Shown piece after piece: positions 49,990 through 50,894 of a stretch of DNA of 50,894 nucleotides. The DNA is taken from assembly GCA_013265495.1 (NCBI GenBank), contig MU058718.1:3247779-3298672 (forward strand), read 5' to 3'. How positions within the stretch are numbered: the stretch's first letter is position 1; each line of letters opens with the position of its first letter. Source of the stretch: Vicugna vicugna. Lineage: Eukaryota. The position numbers and the translations under genes were made by a program. The notes under the pieces are model-generated. The model did not search any database, was not told where the DNA came from, and was given only the letters and a program-made list of their open reading frames with translations.

Positions 49990-50894
49990 CTAAGAAATAC
50001 AGTTTTAAAAAAGTTAAACACTCTGCTATGATCATACTGGGATAAAAATTCGAAAATATGTAACTTGTGAAGACTATTTTATACTAAAAACAAGAAAGTA
50101 AAGTGGTTAATTCCGCAAGATCAAACAGTTTTAAGTGTGAGTCTAACACTATGGAAATCAAGAACTATGAATTGATAATGCTCATCATGGAAAAGTAATT
50201 CTGAGAATAAGTTCTTAAGACACAAAGACTTTTTCACGTGCAAAAAAGCTCTTTAAAAGCCTTTGGATTTCTCTATTAAAATATGGCCAGAAAGCTCAAA
50301 GCCAAATTTGGAGTTCACTGTTTTAATAATTTTACATGCAGGAGTCACAAAAGCAAGTGCTAGTATGAGAAAAATAGGAAGCAGCCAGGGTTGTGGTGAA
50401 TGGGAAACCTGTGCCCCATCTTAAAGAGGGAAGCACCACTCAGCATGACTGCCAAAGGGCACTGCTGGTCCAGATCCACAGACTGGTCTGACTCAAAAGA
50501 AGCTGAAAAATCTGCATTTTGTATGTAAAAATGTTACCTAAAAACTCAACCCAGACACAAACACTAAACAGGCCAAATGAAATTCTTTAGCCAGCCCTCG
50601 GTCAACCTTGGGTTTGCAAATCTGTGGCCAAAAATATTAGCACTTTAATTATTTTCCTGGTAATCAGTCTTTTAAAGGCCCTGAATCTTTCCTAGGATTT
50701 AACTTTTCCCTTTTATTGTACATTATCTGATAATTTACCTCAGCTTTTTAAAATGGAACCAGGAAGAATAAAGCCTGTACCTGTTAAACACAAGAGTACA
50801 CACTCTGTACTTCATTATATTTTCTTGACTTATTTTATGAAAATAAAACTCCTAAAAGTAATAGGCACTGTGGAACAAGACCAGTACCATACAT

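Noticed and set aside
1..50894. CRISPR arrays, operons or other prokaryotic-type systems
   Set aside because: The sequence is mammalian (spliced gene, LINEs/SINEs) and I saw no repeat-spacer periodicity.

Overview
Mammalian genomic DNA, most likely a camelid (inferred from short Vic-1-like tRNA-derived SINEs and the style of the young L1 3' ends; I saw no Alu, Bov-A/tA, PRE-1 or CAN-SINE). The right ~11 kb holds exons 2-8 and the 3' UTR of TMX1 (thioredoxin-related transmembrane protein 1) on the minus strand. I spliced the seven exons by hand: all junctions are GT-AG and in phase, giving 227 codons plus TAG with an intact WCPAC active site; exon 1 lies beyond the window end. The left ~39.5 kb is repeat-rich intergenic DNA downstream of TMX1 (L1, L2, CR1/L3, MIR, MaLR/ERVL LTRs, hAT MITEs, a Kanga-like element, Tigger1, an ERV integrase relic). 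None of the listed ORFs there looks like a real host gene. I found no convincing new biological system. The most notable items are mechanistic: a nested L1 with a perfect 19-bp TSD and a 20-nt twin-priming inversion, an ORF2-less half-L1-like element, a 148-bp local copy of Tigger1 internal sequence, candidate enhancers with NRF2/AP-1/E-box motifs, and possible alternative TMX1 splice outcomes. Repeat subfamily names come from memory of consensus sequences and repeat boundaries are approximate.
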